A stretch of 64,000 nucleotides of DNA from Vitrella brassicaformis CCMP3155 (GCA_001179505.1 CDMY01000466.1:1-64000); one strand, 5' to 3'. Shown: positions 1-13,840, counted from the stretch's first letter. Notes: generated from the letters alone by a model not told the origin. Program-made: numbers and translations.

Positions 1-115
1 CCTCTCGTGGTGAAACCACAGCTCCGCTGGCTCGCCGTACCACTGCAGGAAGTACTGCGTCAGGTCGGGGAAGAGGCGATCGACACCCTCGAGAATGGCC
101 TGGCGGCGATCGAAT
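1..115 (-). mobile_element. Degenerate, 5'-truncated non-LTR retrotransposon reverse-transcriptase fragment running off the left edge
   Basis: The minus strand reads RQAILEGVDRLFPDLTQYFLQWYGEPAELWFHHER. It is preceded by AAT TCG ATC (N-S-I) one base out of frame, giving NSI-x-RQAILE. This resembles the 'AFNSI.R.AIL...FP.L..Y....Y' segment of non-LTR RTs, upstream of the QGDP motif. Sequence upstream of about 115 has an in-frame stop. Confidence 0.6.
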
Positions 116-270
116 TCTCACTTGCGAGCTTGTAATTGCCACAAGCTATTGCTCTGTCTCAAGCCCTCCCCTGCTCCACGTATCATCGCAGCAGTGATCT
201 GATCTGCCATCCCAATCGCATCCGCCCCCTCCCTCGCCCTCCCTCTCAGTCCCCCTTTCTGTGTGTCGCG

Positions 271-1342
271 ATGATGCTGCGCGTGAGCGCTGCCGCGGTG
301 TCTGTGGTGCTGGCGGCCCTTGGCCTGATGCAGCGGGTCAGCGGCCAGGCCTACTCGCCCGGGCAGACGGCCCTCAAGTTCCGATCTCAGTTCAAGACGG
401 AGGACTTTGTGTTCAACCTGGCGGCCGCCAAGGCGGGCGATGCGGGCAAGGGCGGCGAGCTGCGGGTGGCCGCGGTGGCCGCCATGCCCTCACTCGCGGG
501 AAATGGCGTCTCGCAGGCACTCTACAGACTCTACCCTTGCGGCATGAACAGGTGGGTGTCAGGCAGCATCGATATATTGCATCCCCAAACCAGACGCACA
601 CACAGACGTGCACCTGTGTGTGTGTATGTGTGTGTGTGTGTGTTTGGTGTGTCCACTGACTGCAGTGTGCAGATGCATCCGCGTGCGACAGAGCTGTTTT
701 ACGTCATCAACGCGACGGAGCTGCATGTGGGCTTTGTGGAGGAGAACGGTGGCAGAACCATCGAGAACGTCCTCAAGACGGGCCAGCTGTCCTTCGTCCC
801 CAAAGGCCTCCTCCACTGGCACTACAACGCCGGTCGGTGCGCACCCACACACACAGGGAGAGAGGGAGAGACCACAGGGGGGTGTGTGTGTGTGTGTTGA
901 TGGATCTGTCAGGTTGTGAGGACGCGATCTTTCTGTCGACGTTCAACCACGAGGACCCCGGTGTGCTGACGATCGTCAATGCCCTCTTCGACATCAACAG
1001 CACCTCACTCCAGGCGGCATTCAACGTAGACGCCGACCAGATAGCCGACATCAAGAGCAGCATACCCGCTTCACCCGTCCCGGGCATCGCTGAGTGCCTC
1101 GCTAAATGCGGTCAAGAAGGTATGTAAAGGAACAACACTCACTCACACACACACACGGTGACACATGCGTGTGTGAGTGGGTGGCTGTGTGTGTAGCTGT
1201 GGACCCGTGTGAGCTGAAGAAGTGCGGCGAGAATGAGGTGTGCAAGACCGTCGAGGGCAAGGCCCAGTGCGAGTGCAAGAGCAGACACGTCAGGGACGAA
1301 AACGGTGACTGTGTGTCCGACGGAGGATTCGGCAGCGGATAG
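271..1342 (+). CDS. Secreted germin/spherulin-like cupin with C-terminal EGF-like domain (4 exons)
   Basis: Signal peptide MMLRVSAAAVSVVLAALGLMQRVSG. Germin box CGMN-SVQMHPRATE and cupin motif 2 GQLSFVPKGLLHWHYN. The last exon encodes a 6-Cys EGF pattern (DPCELKKCGENEVCKTVEGKAQCECKSRHVRDENGDC). GT-AG introns at about 552-665, 832-912 and 1120-1196 keep the frame. Stop TAG ends at 1342. Confidence 0.85.
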
Positions 1343-2692
1343 AGAGAGAGATAAGCTGTGTGTGCGGGTGGGTTTTTGCGTCTGGATGTCGGCCTCCCCT
1401 CCCTCCCTCCCTCCCTCCCTCGTCGTCTGTGCCGCTTCTTCTTTCCTTGTCTCCTTGCTCGACTACTGACTGCAACTTACTGTCTCGTGTGTGTGTGTGT
1501 GTGTGCGCGTCTAGCCTTTTTTGTGCCCCCTGGCTGGCTGAGGAAGTGCGCCGAGAGGGATGCCTTGGGTCTGTCTGCCATGTGGGTTGAAGGATGATAT
1601 CTATACTTTATCCGGTTCGGTACTTTAAGCCATGCCCCACGCACCCCTTCCACCGCCATCCATCCATCCATCCACCCACCGCCCCCCACCCCTCACTTGG
1701 TCAGCGCTTTTTTGGTGGCTGCCCGGCTGCCTGGCTGCCTGGTTGGTTGGGTGCGTGTGTGCTCATCCAGAGCACTGAGTGCATATATGCAACGCACGAA
1801 CGCTGCCTGCCGCTGGCTGTCTGTCTGTCTGCCGGTCCATACATCTCTTGATCCACCCCTGTCTGTCTGGTGGGGCGGTTGTTGCTTTGTTGCCGATCGC
1901 TACACACGAGGCGTAGGTACGTCTCACTCACTGGCTCGTTTGCCCCCTATCGCACTCTCATTCTCTCTCTCTGTCTTGGCTTTTCTTTATGGCCTGCCTT
2001 GTGTGGTGTGTGTGTTGGTAGTTGGCTGCCTATTTATTGACCCTTGCCTGCAGTGATGATTGAGTGATGGAGTGAGTGAGTGAGTGCAGTGGATGGATGG
2101 ATGGATGGTATACTAACCTACCTACGGGCCTGTATGTATGTCTGTATGTGTAGTGCTGCTGATGGATTGACTGAGCGAGAGTGAGTGAGTGCCTCGATGG
2201 ATTTTGTTTGATCATCACTACGCGGACGCAGGCAGACAGCTCGCCAGGGCCCGACGGACAGTGTGAGTGTGTTCATGGGCTGTGTGTATCTGTGTGTGAC
2301 GTGCGATGGATCAGTGCGGGCCAGCACGGCCGATCGCACCGATGGATGGATGGATGAATGAGTGGATGGAGGACCGTGCGTTCGTGTGCGTGTGCGTGTA
2401 TTCAACGACAAACATTGTGCGTAACATATGTACACATCCATCGATCGACGGTGACATCATGATGCACGCCTCCCTGCCACTCAGTCAGTCAGTCAGCCAG
2501 CAAGTCAGATAAGCTATGCACAGTCACACAGCTAGCTGCCGTCTACACATGCGACCCTTGCCCCCGTGCCTGGGTGGTGGGTGGGTGGTGTCTATCATCC
2601 CCCGTCTGTCTCCTGCCACCGTCAAAGTCACCCCTCCTCTCTCGGGCATCGTAGCACCACACAAGTCGCTCGCTAACAAGATGGCCCCGCAC

Positions 2693-5600
2693 TCACAGAT
2701 AGACGTGTCGAGTGGCCGTGATGGCCTGTCGGCACCGGGGACACAGCCGCTGGGCCACTGGCTTGGACATCAAGACCGCAGCACACACACCGCACAGACA
2801 GAAGTGGCGCTGTAAACACACACACACACACACACACACATACGTGGGCAGCGCATGGCTGAGAGGGACAGGTGAGTCGTTGTGCCTGTGGGTTGGCTTA
2901 CACAGGGGATGAGTACGATGGACTTCTTCTCAGCCATGCAGATGTCACACTCAGTGCTCTCCTCGAGTCTGCAGCAAACAAGACAACCACAGCAGCAGTG
3001 ACTGCGGTTGCCCATTTGTGTGTGTGGGTCAGGTGTTGGTTGGGCCTACCTGTCCTTTTCGCGCTTGATGTCCTCTTTTTCTCTAAGTATGGCCTCGTTT
3101 GTCCTCTGCATGGCCTCCTTCTCCAGCCGCATGGCCTCGAGCTGCTGGCGCATCAACTGCAACTCACTCACCTCACCACCACACCTGCAGGCAGACACGC
3201 ACGCAGGCACAGTGACTGTTGTCTGTCAGTCTCGATTCTTCAGCTGCTCTGTCCATTGATGTGTGCGTACCTGTCGTGACCACTGCGGCCCTCCACCTCC
3301 ACCGCCGTCTGCAAACTGCTACTGCTACTGCCCCCGGCTGCCAATGGGGGGAGGCCAGTATGGCCACAGCCAAGACGGCTACTGGATGGTGCTGGTGTGG
3401 GTGTGGGTGTGGGTCTGTGTCGGCTGGGAGGCTGTGGGGGCGGGGCGGCCGGGCGGGGCGGCAGAGGGAAGGGCACGGCTGGCGCGTTGTGGGGGCCGCC
3501 ACACACTGACGAGTTCGATGATGAGGGCCGCGTCGACTCGGACGAAGACGAAGACGGGAAGACTCCCGAGCTGAACACACAGGCACACCGGAGTAGTCAG
3601 TGCTCAGTGTTGTGGAGTGCTTTGCTGGGTCTTACTTGTCATCTCGTTTGTCAGCCGTGTTGGTCTGCTGCTGCTGCTGTGTGTGGCCGCCAGTGTCTTT
3701 GCCGCCCCTCTTTTTCCGGCCGACGGTGATGAAGCCGCCGCCATCATCGCCACCACCACCCGCCCCTTGCTGCTGCCCCCTGCCGCCCCCCACCGACACA
3801 GAGGTTCCGCCGGCAGCTGACGATGAGTATGAGCATGATGGTCGGGGAGGGGAGGGGGGCGACGGGCTGGGGGGACCTGGAGGGCCATGATGGTCTTCGG
3901 CGTCCTCCTCCTGGTGGTCGGTGCGGTCTTCGGATGTGCCAATGGCGGCAGCACTGTCCGCAGACATCCATGCGCATCAATCATCAATCAGCTGAGTAAG
4001 ATGAGGACCCAATTGGTCTGTTCTGTCACCTGGATGATGATGTCGTCTCGGTGCTGTTGTCCCCCCTGCCGCCCCTCTTGCCGCCTTTCGACTTCTTGCC
4101 GCCCTTGGTGCTGCTAGTGGTGCTACCTGGTGCTAGTGGTGCTACTTCGGCCAGCAGCTGTGCGTCGGCCCACTCCTTGGCCGCACTCTCTATCTCGTCA
4201 AACAAATCCAACAACTGGCGCTCAACACATGCAATGATATGGATACGGCCCGTGTGAGCGTCACGTGTGCATAACTTCCCACCTCCTTGGGCGCTGTCAG
4301 TTGCTGCTGCTGCTGCTGCTGCCGCTGGTGTCCCTTACGTCGTCCATTCGGCTGCCGGACAGCGGCCGCCCGCATCGCCTTGACGGCCTCGTGCTGTAAA
4401 ATGGCTCGTGTGACGCCATTGGGCCGGAACTTGCCCCCTCGGCTGCTCACTCGATCACCATAGCTGCACCGACAAGACATCCACAACACACGCAGGAATA
4501 CCCACCATCCTCAACCAAGACGCCAATTGCCCACTGCAGGCGTGTGTGTGTGTGTGTGTGTAGACCTGACGAGTGCCTGAAGGGTTCTGACGGCGAAGTC
4601 TATAAAGCCGTCCACCATGTGGTGGTCGATCTGACCGTTCTTGATGCAGGCGATGGCCACGTCACACAGCGCTCCTGGAAGGCCGTCACGCACAGCGATC
4701 TGAAAATGGGCAACACACAATGGCCATGGCCGCATCCATCCATCCATCCGTCCGTGCTGACCTTGGCGCGCACGTCGGTGAGGTCTGTGTCGCGTCCGAC
4801 GATGTTCTGAAGACTCGCCGCACAGTAGCCACCTCGTCAACTGACTCCTTGTCGAGGCGCTTGGCGATATCCGACGCCATCGATATGCATCCGGAAGAGT
4901 AGACGGCATCACGATGGCCACACACTGCCACAATGCACACATTAGCGCAACACACCCACAAGGACACAGTGATGTAACACTTCCCTCCCACGCAGCCTCC
5001 CTCGTGTCATTCGCTCACCGGCCAGCATCTGCGGGACAGCCAGGGGCAACGTGGTAGTCGTAATTTTAGAAACAAGAGTAGTGGCGAGGCTCTTGACGGC
5101 CGTGACGTATGCCTGCAGGGCCTTGGGCGCTCTCATCAAACGTTGGACGGGCCCATCCGGCAAAGTAGCAAAGTAAGCAGTACCTGCCCAGACGCACACA
5201 CACAAGCAGCCAGCAATCGATGCGATGCCACACCCCCACACACGGATGGAGCCTGTCTGTCCGTCCGTCCGTCCGTCGACCTATCTCTTTGGCATATATT
5301 GCGAAAACGGAGCAGCAGTCGAAGATGTACACGCAGCAGGTGGTGGCCCCGTCTCGCACAACGTCGTCTGCGTCAGGGGACGTCAGCAGGCCGCAAAACG
5401 TGTCGACGAACGGGAAGATGTCTTGTCGCATCGCAGCCAGATACGCAGCACGGTCATCTTCCGACCCTGAAAGGAGGCGCACGACGGCCAGTCAGTGACA
5501 TCAACCACATTGTTCAGTGAAGATCTGCCTTGTTTGGCTCCGTACCGCTTTTGGCCACGTATTGTATGTTGGAACAGAGCAACGTGCCGACATAATGCAC

Positions 5601-6402
5601 ACCCACGGCGCGCCTAAAAAGTGAAGAACAAGTGCAAAAACAACAACATCCTGCACATGCAGCAAGCCACTCACATCTTGTCTCGCGTTTCCGCCTTCCG
5701 ACTTGTGAGGCACTCCACCAGCGCGCGAAACACTCCCACACAGACACAGACGGGCATGACTGTGGGTGGGAAAGGCGGGCCGTCTATCGGGACCGTATCG
5801 AACACTGTCCTGATGAAGGCCAGCGCCGTCCTGCCGCAAGGATGATCCTCTGCTATCTTGGCCACCATCGAGAGGGCCTTGTCGAGGATGGCGGGGCAGT
5901 GCTTGATCAGATGGTCTCGTGTGTCGACCGCGTTGCCCTCTTGTCGGCCCAGGACCATGGCGCCCGCCAGCAGGGTGAATGCGCTCATTTCCAGCCGAAA
6001 AGCAGTGGTCTGGGTCAGCACGGACGCCAGCATGCTGATGAATGTTCGCGGCGATCCAGCGATGGGGATGAGATAACCAGCAACTTCCCAGGCGCTGTCC
6101 CTGGCGTCGGCCTTCCGCTGGCACAGGAACCACAGCACGCTGGCCGCCATCCCCTGGCGGGCCGGGTTGCCGCCATCTGTGAATGCGTGATAGGCGCGCC
6201 TCAGCAAACGCTGGTTGAGGAGCTTCTTGCCCAGGGCCTCCCAACTTCCTCCAGGACCTCCGCTCAGAAAAGCGTCCGTGGCATTCGCCCCCACCACCTT
6301 CAGGCTACTGTCGAAGGCATCATCTGGCAGCTCCTCCGGCGACGAGAGGAGAGCGATGGCCGCGTCGAAGCCGGAGGGACGAGAGTTTCCCAAGCTGGTC
6401 AT
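2693..6402 (-). CDS. Helical-repeat (ARM/HEAT-like) / coiled-coil / C-terminal C3HC4 RING protein, putative E3 ubiquitin ligase (paralog 1)
   Basis: Long first exon MTSLGNSRPSGFDAAIALL... is rich in amphipathic helices. It is followed by a low-complexity linker and a coiled coil (ELQLMRQQLEAMRLEKEE). The spliced RING reads CDICMAEKKSIVLIPC|RHFCLCGVC...LCPRCR, ending RHVYL* with TGA at 2695-2693. Internal exon boundaries are approximate. Confidence 0.8.
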
Positions 6403-7220
6403 GACTCAGACGCCCCGGCGTAGATCAGGGCTAATCTATGTCGTCAGGAGGCTGGCCCGACAACACGCGCTGCCACACGGTGGGCAACCGACGCCAAACG
6501 GACGAGAGGATGAGTAGACCAGCACCTACAACGAGCAGCACGTATGGCGCTTGTCGATGGTTCTTTTCGTGCCTTTTTCATCTCTCACCCTCGGAAGTGA
6601 TATACAGGACCTCTGGGCGTTACTAATAGGCTGCCACCTCTGTCGCGAGGGGCTGGTCTGTCCTCTCGTGACTGCGAGCTGGAATGCCGATCGCCGCGGC
6701 GAAAAACCATCGCTTCTGAGGTTCCCACTCATCATATAGCCAGCGCCAGCCGTTGGATCTGTGGGTTCATCCATCGCTTTCAGCCATCGTCGTGATGATG
6801 TTATCTTATCGGTTCGCGTCGGTGTGCGGCGCTCCCTATCAGGGCGGCCCTCTCTGCTTCACTGTCCCCGACGCAGACAGCCTCCTCTGCCCTGTAGGCA
6901 ACCGCGTCAACGTGTTTCAGACCTGTCGCTGACGTCGTTGGTATGGACAGTGCTGCGACGCTCTGAACTCATTGAGTGTGTTGACAAGAGGTACGAACAC
7001 ACCACAGAGCAGACAAGCTCATCACGAAACTGCGCATCCGTGTGCTCTCCGGTGCGTCCTCTCAGCACCCATGTGAGGCGTTGCTGTTGTGTCCTGTCAG
7101 CAAGTGCTGATCTAGCCCATCAGGTGGGTGCGGTGCACACACAGGCAGGATGGCATCATATCATGCCCTCTCACTTATCTGGCGGCCGTGTCGTGTGATG
7201 GTTGCTCTTTATCAGACCAC

Positions 7221-7565
7221 ATGGGCTCCTATATCGAGCGCGAGACGACCTCCAAAGGGCTGCCGTGGCCTTCCATTCTGCCCACAGACGACCTCATGGG
7301 TGTGGAGCTCCTTCACGACGAGGGGGCCAATGAGAGGGCCAGAATCATTGGTTTCAACGACCACAGCTCTGTGCCGGCGAGCGTACGGGACAACCCAATG
7401 TATCAAGCCGCGGTGGACGTGCCACAACTGAAAACGATCTGCGTGTCGTTCGGCTATCCCCGTGATTACTTCACGCCCCACATCCTGACCCTCGATGATG
7501 GTAAAGAGATCGCCAGTGTGTGGATGGAAAACCGCCGGACCTATCGCGTCAGATTCGGTCAGTGA
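7221..7565 (+). CDS. Hypothetical protein (114 aa, MGSYIERETT...YRVRFGQ); possibly has upstream exons
   Basis: Microsatellite-free ORF with protein-like composition, starting just after an acceptor-like TTTATCAG. I recognise no family. Confidence 0.45.
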   Translation: MGSYIERETTSKGLPWPSILPTDDLMGVELLHDEGANERARIIGFNDHSSVPASVRDNPMYQAAVDVPQLKTICVSFGYPRDYFTPHILTLDDGKEIASVWMENRRTYRVRFGQ

Positions 7566-7650
7566 CTGAGCGGTAGCATTCCTTCGTGAGTTGGGCTTGG
7601 ATGTGTCTGTATGTTTGCTGCGATGTGTGTGTTTTCAGAGCCCAAGTCGG

Positions 7651-7741
7651 TCAGCCCACCACAACCACCACCACAGCCCACCACCACAGCCCCCCACCGC
7701 CACAGCCCCCACCGCCACAGCCCCACAGCCGCAGCCGCAGG
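7651..7741. repeat. Short imperfect minisatellite of about 14-15 nt (cccaccgccacagcc-like units)
   Basis: Direct reading: cagcccaccacaaccaccaccacagcccaccaccacagcccccaccgccacagcccccaccgccacagccccacagccgcagccgcag. Confidence 0.6.
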
Positions 7742-8492
7742 CCTCTGGGCACAATAGGGGAGTGTGGTGGGGTCGCTTCCGCTGGCCCTTTCCACACATG
7801 CGACAAGAGTCGGAGGATTAGACGAGCCACTGCTGCCGAGGCGGCCCTAGGTAGCTGGCTTGCGTCGGTGTGGGTAGCCAGCGGGGAGAGGGGCGTTCGC
7901 CGCGCCCTGCTCTTTTCATGCTCCATATGCATGTGACCTTGTATCATTTTTGTGATCGACCGACCACTGGCGGGTATTTTTTGATTGCCACGGCAGATGG
8001 CAAGTGAGAACAGTGGGGGGAAGAGAGAGAGAGGGTGGTGCGTACGTGTCGTAAAAGACAGTTTGCCGATCAATCAAATGCGTGAGCGAGCGAGCGAGGC
8101 GCCTCGATCTCTTCTGTCTGTCTGTCTGTCTGTAGCGTCTGTCGTGCCCGTCCATTCATGTGTGAGTGTGAGACCTTCATCATAGATTTCAGGCTGGCTG
8201 GATACACAATCAATTACTGCTAGCTGTGTGTGATCACTGGCAGCGTGCGGAGGGCCACGATGACCGCGTTGAGGGCCGAGGGTGGGGGAAGACCCAGGAT
8301 CTCATTTATGACAGACAATACGGTTAATGAACCGAGTCGATGGATGAATTAAAGGCGGCAATGACCGACAACAACAGCGGGCACAGGGATGGACAGTCAG
8401 AGAGACAAAGCGGTCAGTCACTCACTCAGTCAGCCAATTGATCAGTCGGTCAGTCAGTGAGTCCCTGAGTGTGTCAGTCACTCACTCACTCA

Positions 8493-10088
8493 CTACTCGA
8501 CTGAGTGCACGATGGCCTGACTCGCCGCGGGGTTCTTGGACCGACACGCAAGCTGCAGCCAACGCAATGCACCCACCCACACACACCATGCCATCCATCC
8601 ATATATGCCAGCAGTGTGTGCGACGCATCCAGCCATCGATCTGTCCCTCCCTCCCCCCCCGCCGCGCACCTTGAGTAGGCAGCCGTAGCTCTGATCCAAA
8701 CCAATCAGCGCCTTGCACAACACCTGCATCCATCGTAACACACACACACACACACACACATGCACAAGGGCTTGCTCCGTCTGGGTCTGAATGAATGCCC
8801 CTCCCCCTCCGACCTGTAGTCCGCCGATGAAGGTGCCGCTCAGCAGGAGTGTGTGCCCCCTGGCCGTGGTGTCCACCTTGTCTGACTTGTCGCACGGTGC
8901 CATGTTGAGTGAGGTGGTCAGGCCGGTGGCGGCGCTCTCGAGCGTCTTGAAGTTCAAGCTGAACTTGGACACCGCCTCGTCGGCCTGGTGGGAGGGAGAC
9001 ACACAGACAGACAGACAGACAGACAGGGGGGAGGCCATGGGTGTTTGTGTGTATGTGTGTGTACCTGTTGGAGTGATTCCCACATAGATTTGAACTCGCC
9101 GGGGCGCAGGTGACGGGGGACCATGTAATCGCCTGCAGACAGGAAGAGATAGATAGATGGTTGCTGTCTGTCTGTTGGGGGGTTCCCCTCGCTCGTCTCG
9201 TGTGGCACACACGGCCCGCCCACCCGCCCACCCATTGCAATGGTGACATTCTCCATGGGGTATGTGTCGCGATAGCCCAAGTCATCACCCTCCTGCAGAT
9301 TCGTCACGTGTGCAGTGCACCCCATCACACACACGCACAGGATCCAACCGGCCCGCCTTGTTGTGTCTGTTGTGTTTGTTATCACGTCACCTCTTTGACG
9401 GTGTAGTCGAGAGCCGCTTGAAACGTCCCCAGGAGCGTGCGCAAACCTGCAGACGCCGCAAATCGAGCCACGCGTCATTTCCGTGATGCATTCCCCCAAG
9501 GGTCTCTCGCTCTCTCTCACCGTCGTCGCCCTCATGCATCTTCTGCAGTACGACATATGCCGATGCGGGTCTGTCGTATGGCAGTGCCTCGATGCCCAGG
9601 CGGCCCAGCTCGCCCCACGACGAGGGGTCCCCGATGGTGAACTTGATGTCAACATCCTCCAACACCTACACACACACACACACACACACACACCGATGAC
9701 ATCACATCACATCACACCTTGTGCGAGCGAGTTGTGTGGGGTGAGTTGGGTGGGGTGGTGTGTGGTGTGTGTGGATACCCACCTGGTCTTGTAGAGTGTT
9801 GGTGGTGACAAACTCGAGAACGACGTGGTTGATGTACATGTGTTTGATGACCTGCACCACGTACTCGGCCTCGCTCTCCGTCGCCAACTTGGGCTTGCAG
9901 CTGTGCTGAAGAGCACCTGACAAGCCACACATACACACACAGAGAGAGAGAGAGATGCATCGATCTGTCTGTCTGTGGTGTGCGGTGTATGTGTGTCTTT
10001 TTACTGACGCACCGAGGTCCTCAGCTGAGATGAGGTCTGCAACTTTGGCGGCGATGTCGGGGGCCGAGGGGGCCGACACAGGCGACTG

Positions 10089-10120
<32 letters not shown>

Positions 10121-10373
10121 AGAGAGAGATGGATGAATAGATGGCCGGTGGTGCGTTCCGTCCCGTGACATCCCGTTCTCACAGGGGCCTCCGCTTTGCC
10201 GGCAGCAGGTGCCTTGGTGGGCTGAGACACCAGCAAACACATGACTGAAGCGTGTTGTTTGTGGTGTGGCTGACTGACTGACTGACTGACCTCTTTGGCC
10301 TTAGTTTGTGCCTGCTGCTTGGCGGCGTTGATGGCCTGCATGGCCGCCTTCTGAGACTCATACGCCTCTAAAC

Positions 10374-10404
<31 letters not shown>

Positions 10405-13400
10405 TATGCCTATAGATACCCATGGATCTGCGTGCCTCTGTGTGTGAGAGGTATACCTTCAGTGGGCACCGCCTTGACGTCGAATGGGAGTTCAGGCTGT
10501 GCAGCGATGTGCGCCTCCAGCGTCTGGCAGAGGGCGTCGAGGGAAAACTCGAGGTCGGCCTTCATCAACACCCCGTTGAACTCTACCAACAAGTCACCAT
10601 CCTGCAGACACACGCGCGCGCACACACAAAAAGGGACAAGGATTGCCTTGATGTGATGTGTGTAGTGAGGGGTGGCGTGATGTGATGTGTGTCGTCTTGA
10701 CCAACCTTGCCGCCCATCTTTCCCTCCAGCATGTTGCAGTAGAGGTTGGTGCGGTCGCGGACCTCATCGTCGTTGTCAGTCGTGCAGCTTAGGTGGACAC
10801 ACACACACGCACACACACACACATGGGTCGACGCGTGCTTTTCTCATGTGTGTGGTGTTCCGTTGTGCTGAGTGGCATCGTCACCTCTCCAGGAGTGTGA
10901 GAATGTCTTTCTTGAGTGTGGGGCATTTGAGTGCGATCTTGGTGAGCGCATCCACACCAGCGGCGCGGACCAAGGCGTTCTCCTGCACGCCATGCGACCC
11001 ACACACCACACATCACATCCATATGTGACACAGACGCTGCAAATGGCTCCGTGTCCGTCGTGTTATCGATGAACCCCCCCACCAGAATGAGTCTGTTGTA
11101 GATAAACCGGATGAACTTCGATGGCGACGATGTGGTGGGCGTCTCGTTGCCAAGAAACGACAAAATCTGCACGCAGACACGGGGAACGAAGCCAATGCAT
11201 CCACCCGCACGCGTGTGTGTGCGCGAAGTACGCACCTTGGTGCAGAGCGATGGGTACTCGCAGTCCTCAATGAACTCACACAGATGCAGCAATCCCGTCT
11301 CCTTCGCCTAAATGCCACACACAAACACACATACACAACACATCCAATCACACACACATGAGTGCCTTCTCTGTCTCTCTTTGCCTTTGTGTGCACCCAC
11401 CGCCCCCCCCCACTTGTGGAATTTGTTCGACGAGTAGGATGAGGGCGTCGACGATGTCCTTTTTGAACTCTGCGCTGCCCTCCTCCCGCAGGTTGGACGA
11501 CAGGAAGGCCATCAGCACCTTGTACTTGCTGGGGTAAGTCAGGCACAACGTCTTCACTGCACGAACCACCTCTACCTTGAAGTTGTCAGATATCTCTACA
11601 CACACACACACACAGGGGAGAGGGGATGGAGGGAGGGAGGCCTGCACGCGTCTGTGTGGCTCTGTGTGGCTGGTTGACCCACCCACCGGTCATGAAGGTT
11701 GTGATCTGTTTGATGAGTCGATCGACATTTGATTCGTGTCCCGTCTTCAGGAGCGTGGTGAGTGCCAGCGTGGCGATGTTTCTGTTCTGGTCGGTCAGCA
11801 ACGGCTCCATGTCCACGTTGCAGCGGGACACGACGTGCGGGCGGACTTGGGCCAACTGACACACACACACACACACACATAGGCGGATGCACACAGATGG
11901 AGTGGTCGCTGATGCGTTTGAGTGTGACCTTGTTGAGCATTCTGATGGAGGCGAATCTGACCACAGGCTTGGGCGACGTCAGGAATATCTGAAGCACTGC
12001 ACACCACACACACACACGCACACGCACACAGAGCGACTGCATACCTCGCCCTGCAACACATTGGGCTGGTGAGCAGAGGTACGTACCTGTGAGTGCTGGC
12101 AGCATGTCGTATCCGAACACAGTGGCGCCGCCCGAGCCCTGCTCGTCGACGACTGCCAGCTCGCAGAATGCCTTGGCGGCCTCAAACATGGCCATCTCGC
12201 TCTTGTGCCGCAGACAACTCTCCAGGTAATCCATCAACGCCTATCACAAATACAGACAGAAAAGGAGACAGACAAGAATGTCCATTCTGGTGTCCTTTCC
12301 CGGAGTGCTGCTCTGTCGGCTTATTCATCGCTTTACGTGTTCAAGGGCCGAGTCTCGCTCCGCCTTGAGCACCTGGGTGGCATACCTACACACCCACACA
12401 AACACACACACACACACACGTGTCCACCGTGGGGAAATGCCTCTCTCTGTCTTTGTCTCTCCGTGTGGTGGGTGTGGCCATGCCATGCACCGCACTACAT
12501 ACCTGATGAGTAGGCACTCTGCCATGGGGCTTTTGCCGAACGACTTGGTGAGTTGCGAGACCACCTTGTGGAGCGCCAGCCGGTCGTTCCTCTTGAGCTC
12601 ATAGAGGAGGCCCAGTGCATGGAACTGCACCATGGGGCTCTTGGACGACACGCTCTCCGTCACCTCATTCACCCACCTTGGCAGACAGACACAGCAGGCA
12701 CACACATGGCAGGCAGCACAGTCGTCGGTCGTCTGTGTGTGTGGTGTGTGGTGTGAGTGCGTGTCCCGTGCAGTCAGTCAGTCAGTCAGTGAGTCAGCCA
12801 CCTTCTGACGACTTCGGGTGCAGATCTCATGAGGTTGATGCCGCAGATGATGGCCGCCGACGCCACGAAGGGGCTCTTGTCCACTATGGCCTGAAACGGA
12901 CGCACACAGACACAGCGTCAGTCACACGTATGGGCTCATTGGCCTGTGCGTCTCTGTTTGTTCGTTTGTGTGTGTACGTTTTTGAGGTATCTGTCGATCT
13001 GTGCGGCCATTGAGGGGTCCAGAATGCGGCTCAACACACGGATGGCATTCGCACGGTAGCAGTCAGACTTGCTGCTCATGTCCTGCACACACACACGCAC
13101 ACACACACACACACACACAGATTTAGCATCTCCGGCACCCATCCCATCAGCCAGCGTGTGTATCTGCGTAATCAATCATCCATCTGTGTGTATCTCCCTC
13201 ACCTTAGTGAGTGTGGATGTGACGATGAAGACCTCTGTCTCGCTGACTTTGATGCTCTTGATGAGGAGGTACGTCATCCGCCGCAGCCGCTCGCTGCTCG
13301 ACTGGAACAGCTTGGTCGCACCGAAAAACAAATCTGTCGTCTCCTTCGACGACAACTTCTCCCCCTGACACACACACACACACCCCATCCCACACACAGA

Positions 13401-13790
13401 CAGACAGGTGCGCCTTGCTATCTGTGTTTGTGTGGTGTGTTGTGCTCACCTGTGTGATGAGGTATAGGACTTTGGTGAGGAGGTGGCAGCATTTCTTGGC
13501 GTTGAGGTGCGGCTCGCTGAAGGCGCGGGTCTCCAGCAACACAGTGCTCTTCTCGCCCGCATACGGATTCACAAACGCTGCGCACACAACACACACGCAC
13601 ACACGCGGCACAAACAGTGCAATGGCAGTGTGCTTGCGGAGATCTTGCAGCCATGTCTGTGCGTCTGCCTGTGGCCATCTGTGGTCCTGACTGTCTGTCT
13701 GTGTGGCCACCGCTGCGTACGTTTCTCTTCGCTCTTGAAGTTCTCCTTGACGGCGGCGGTGATCTTCTCTCGGATCGTCTGGGCGTTCAT
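8493..13790 (-). CDS. COPG: Coatomer subunit gamma (gamma-COP), multi-exon
   Basis: Exons encode diagnostic gamma-COP segments: [158 protein letters not shown], and the appendage ...[12 protein letters not shown] at 13790, TAG ending at 8493. Confidence 0.95.
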
Positions 13791-13840
13791 GGCGGCGGTG
13801 AAGAGCCTCACTACTATCACGCCGGATCTACGTCACTCGT

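Noticed and set aside
1-135. Open plus-strand frame PLVVKPQLRWL...FSLASL* that looks like a gene end
   Set aside because: The minus-strand reading matches an RT motif much better. Open antisense frames are common in GC-rich coding DNA.
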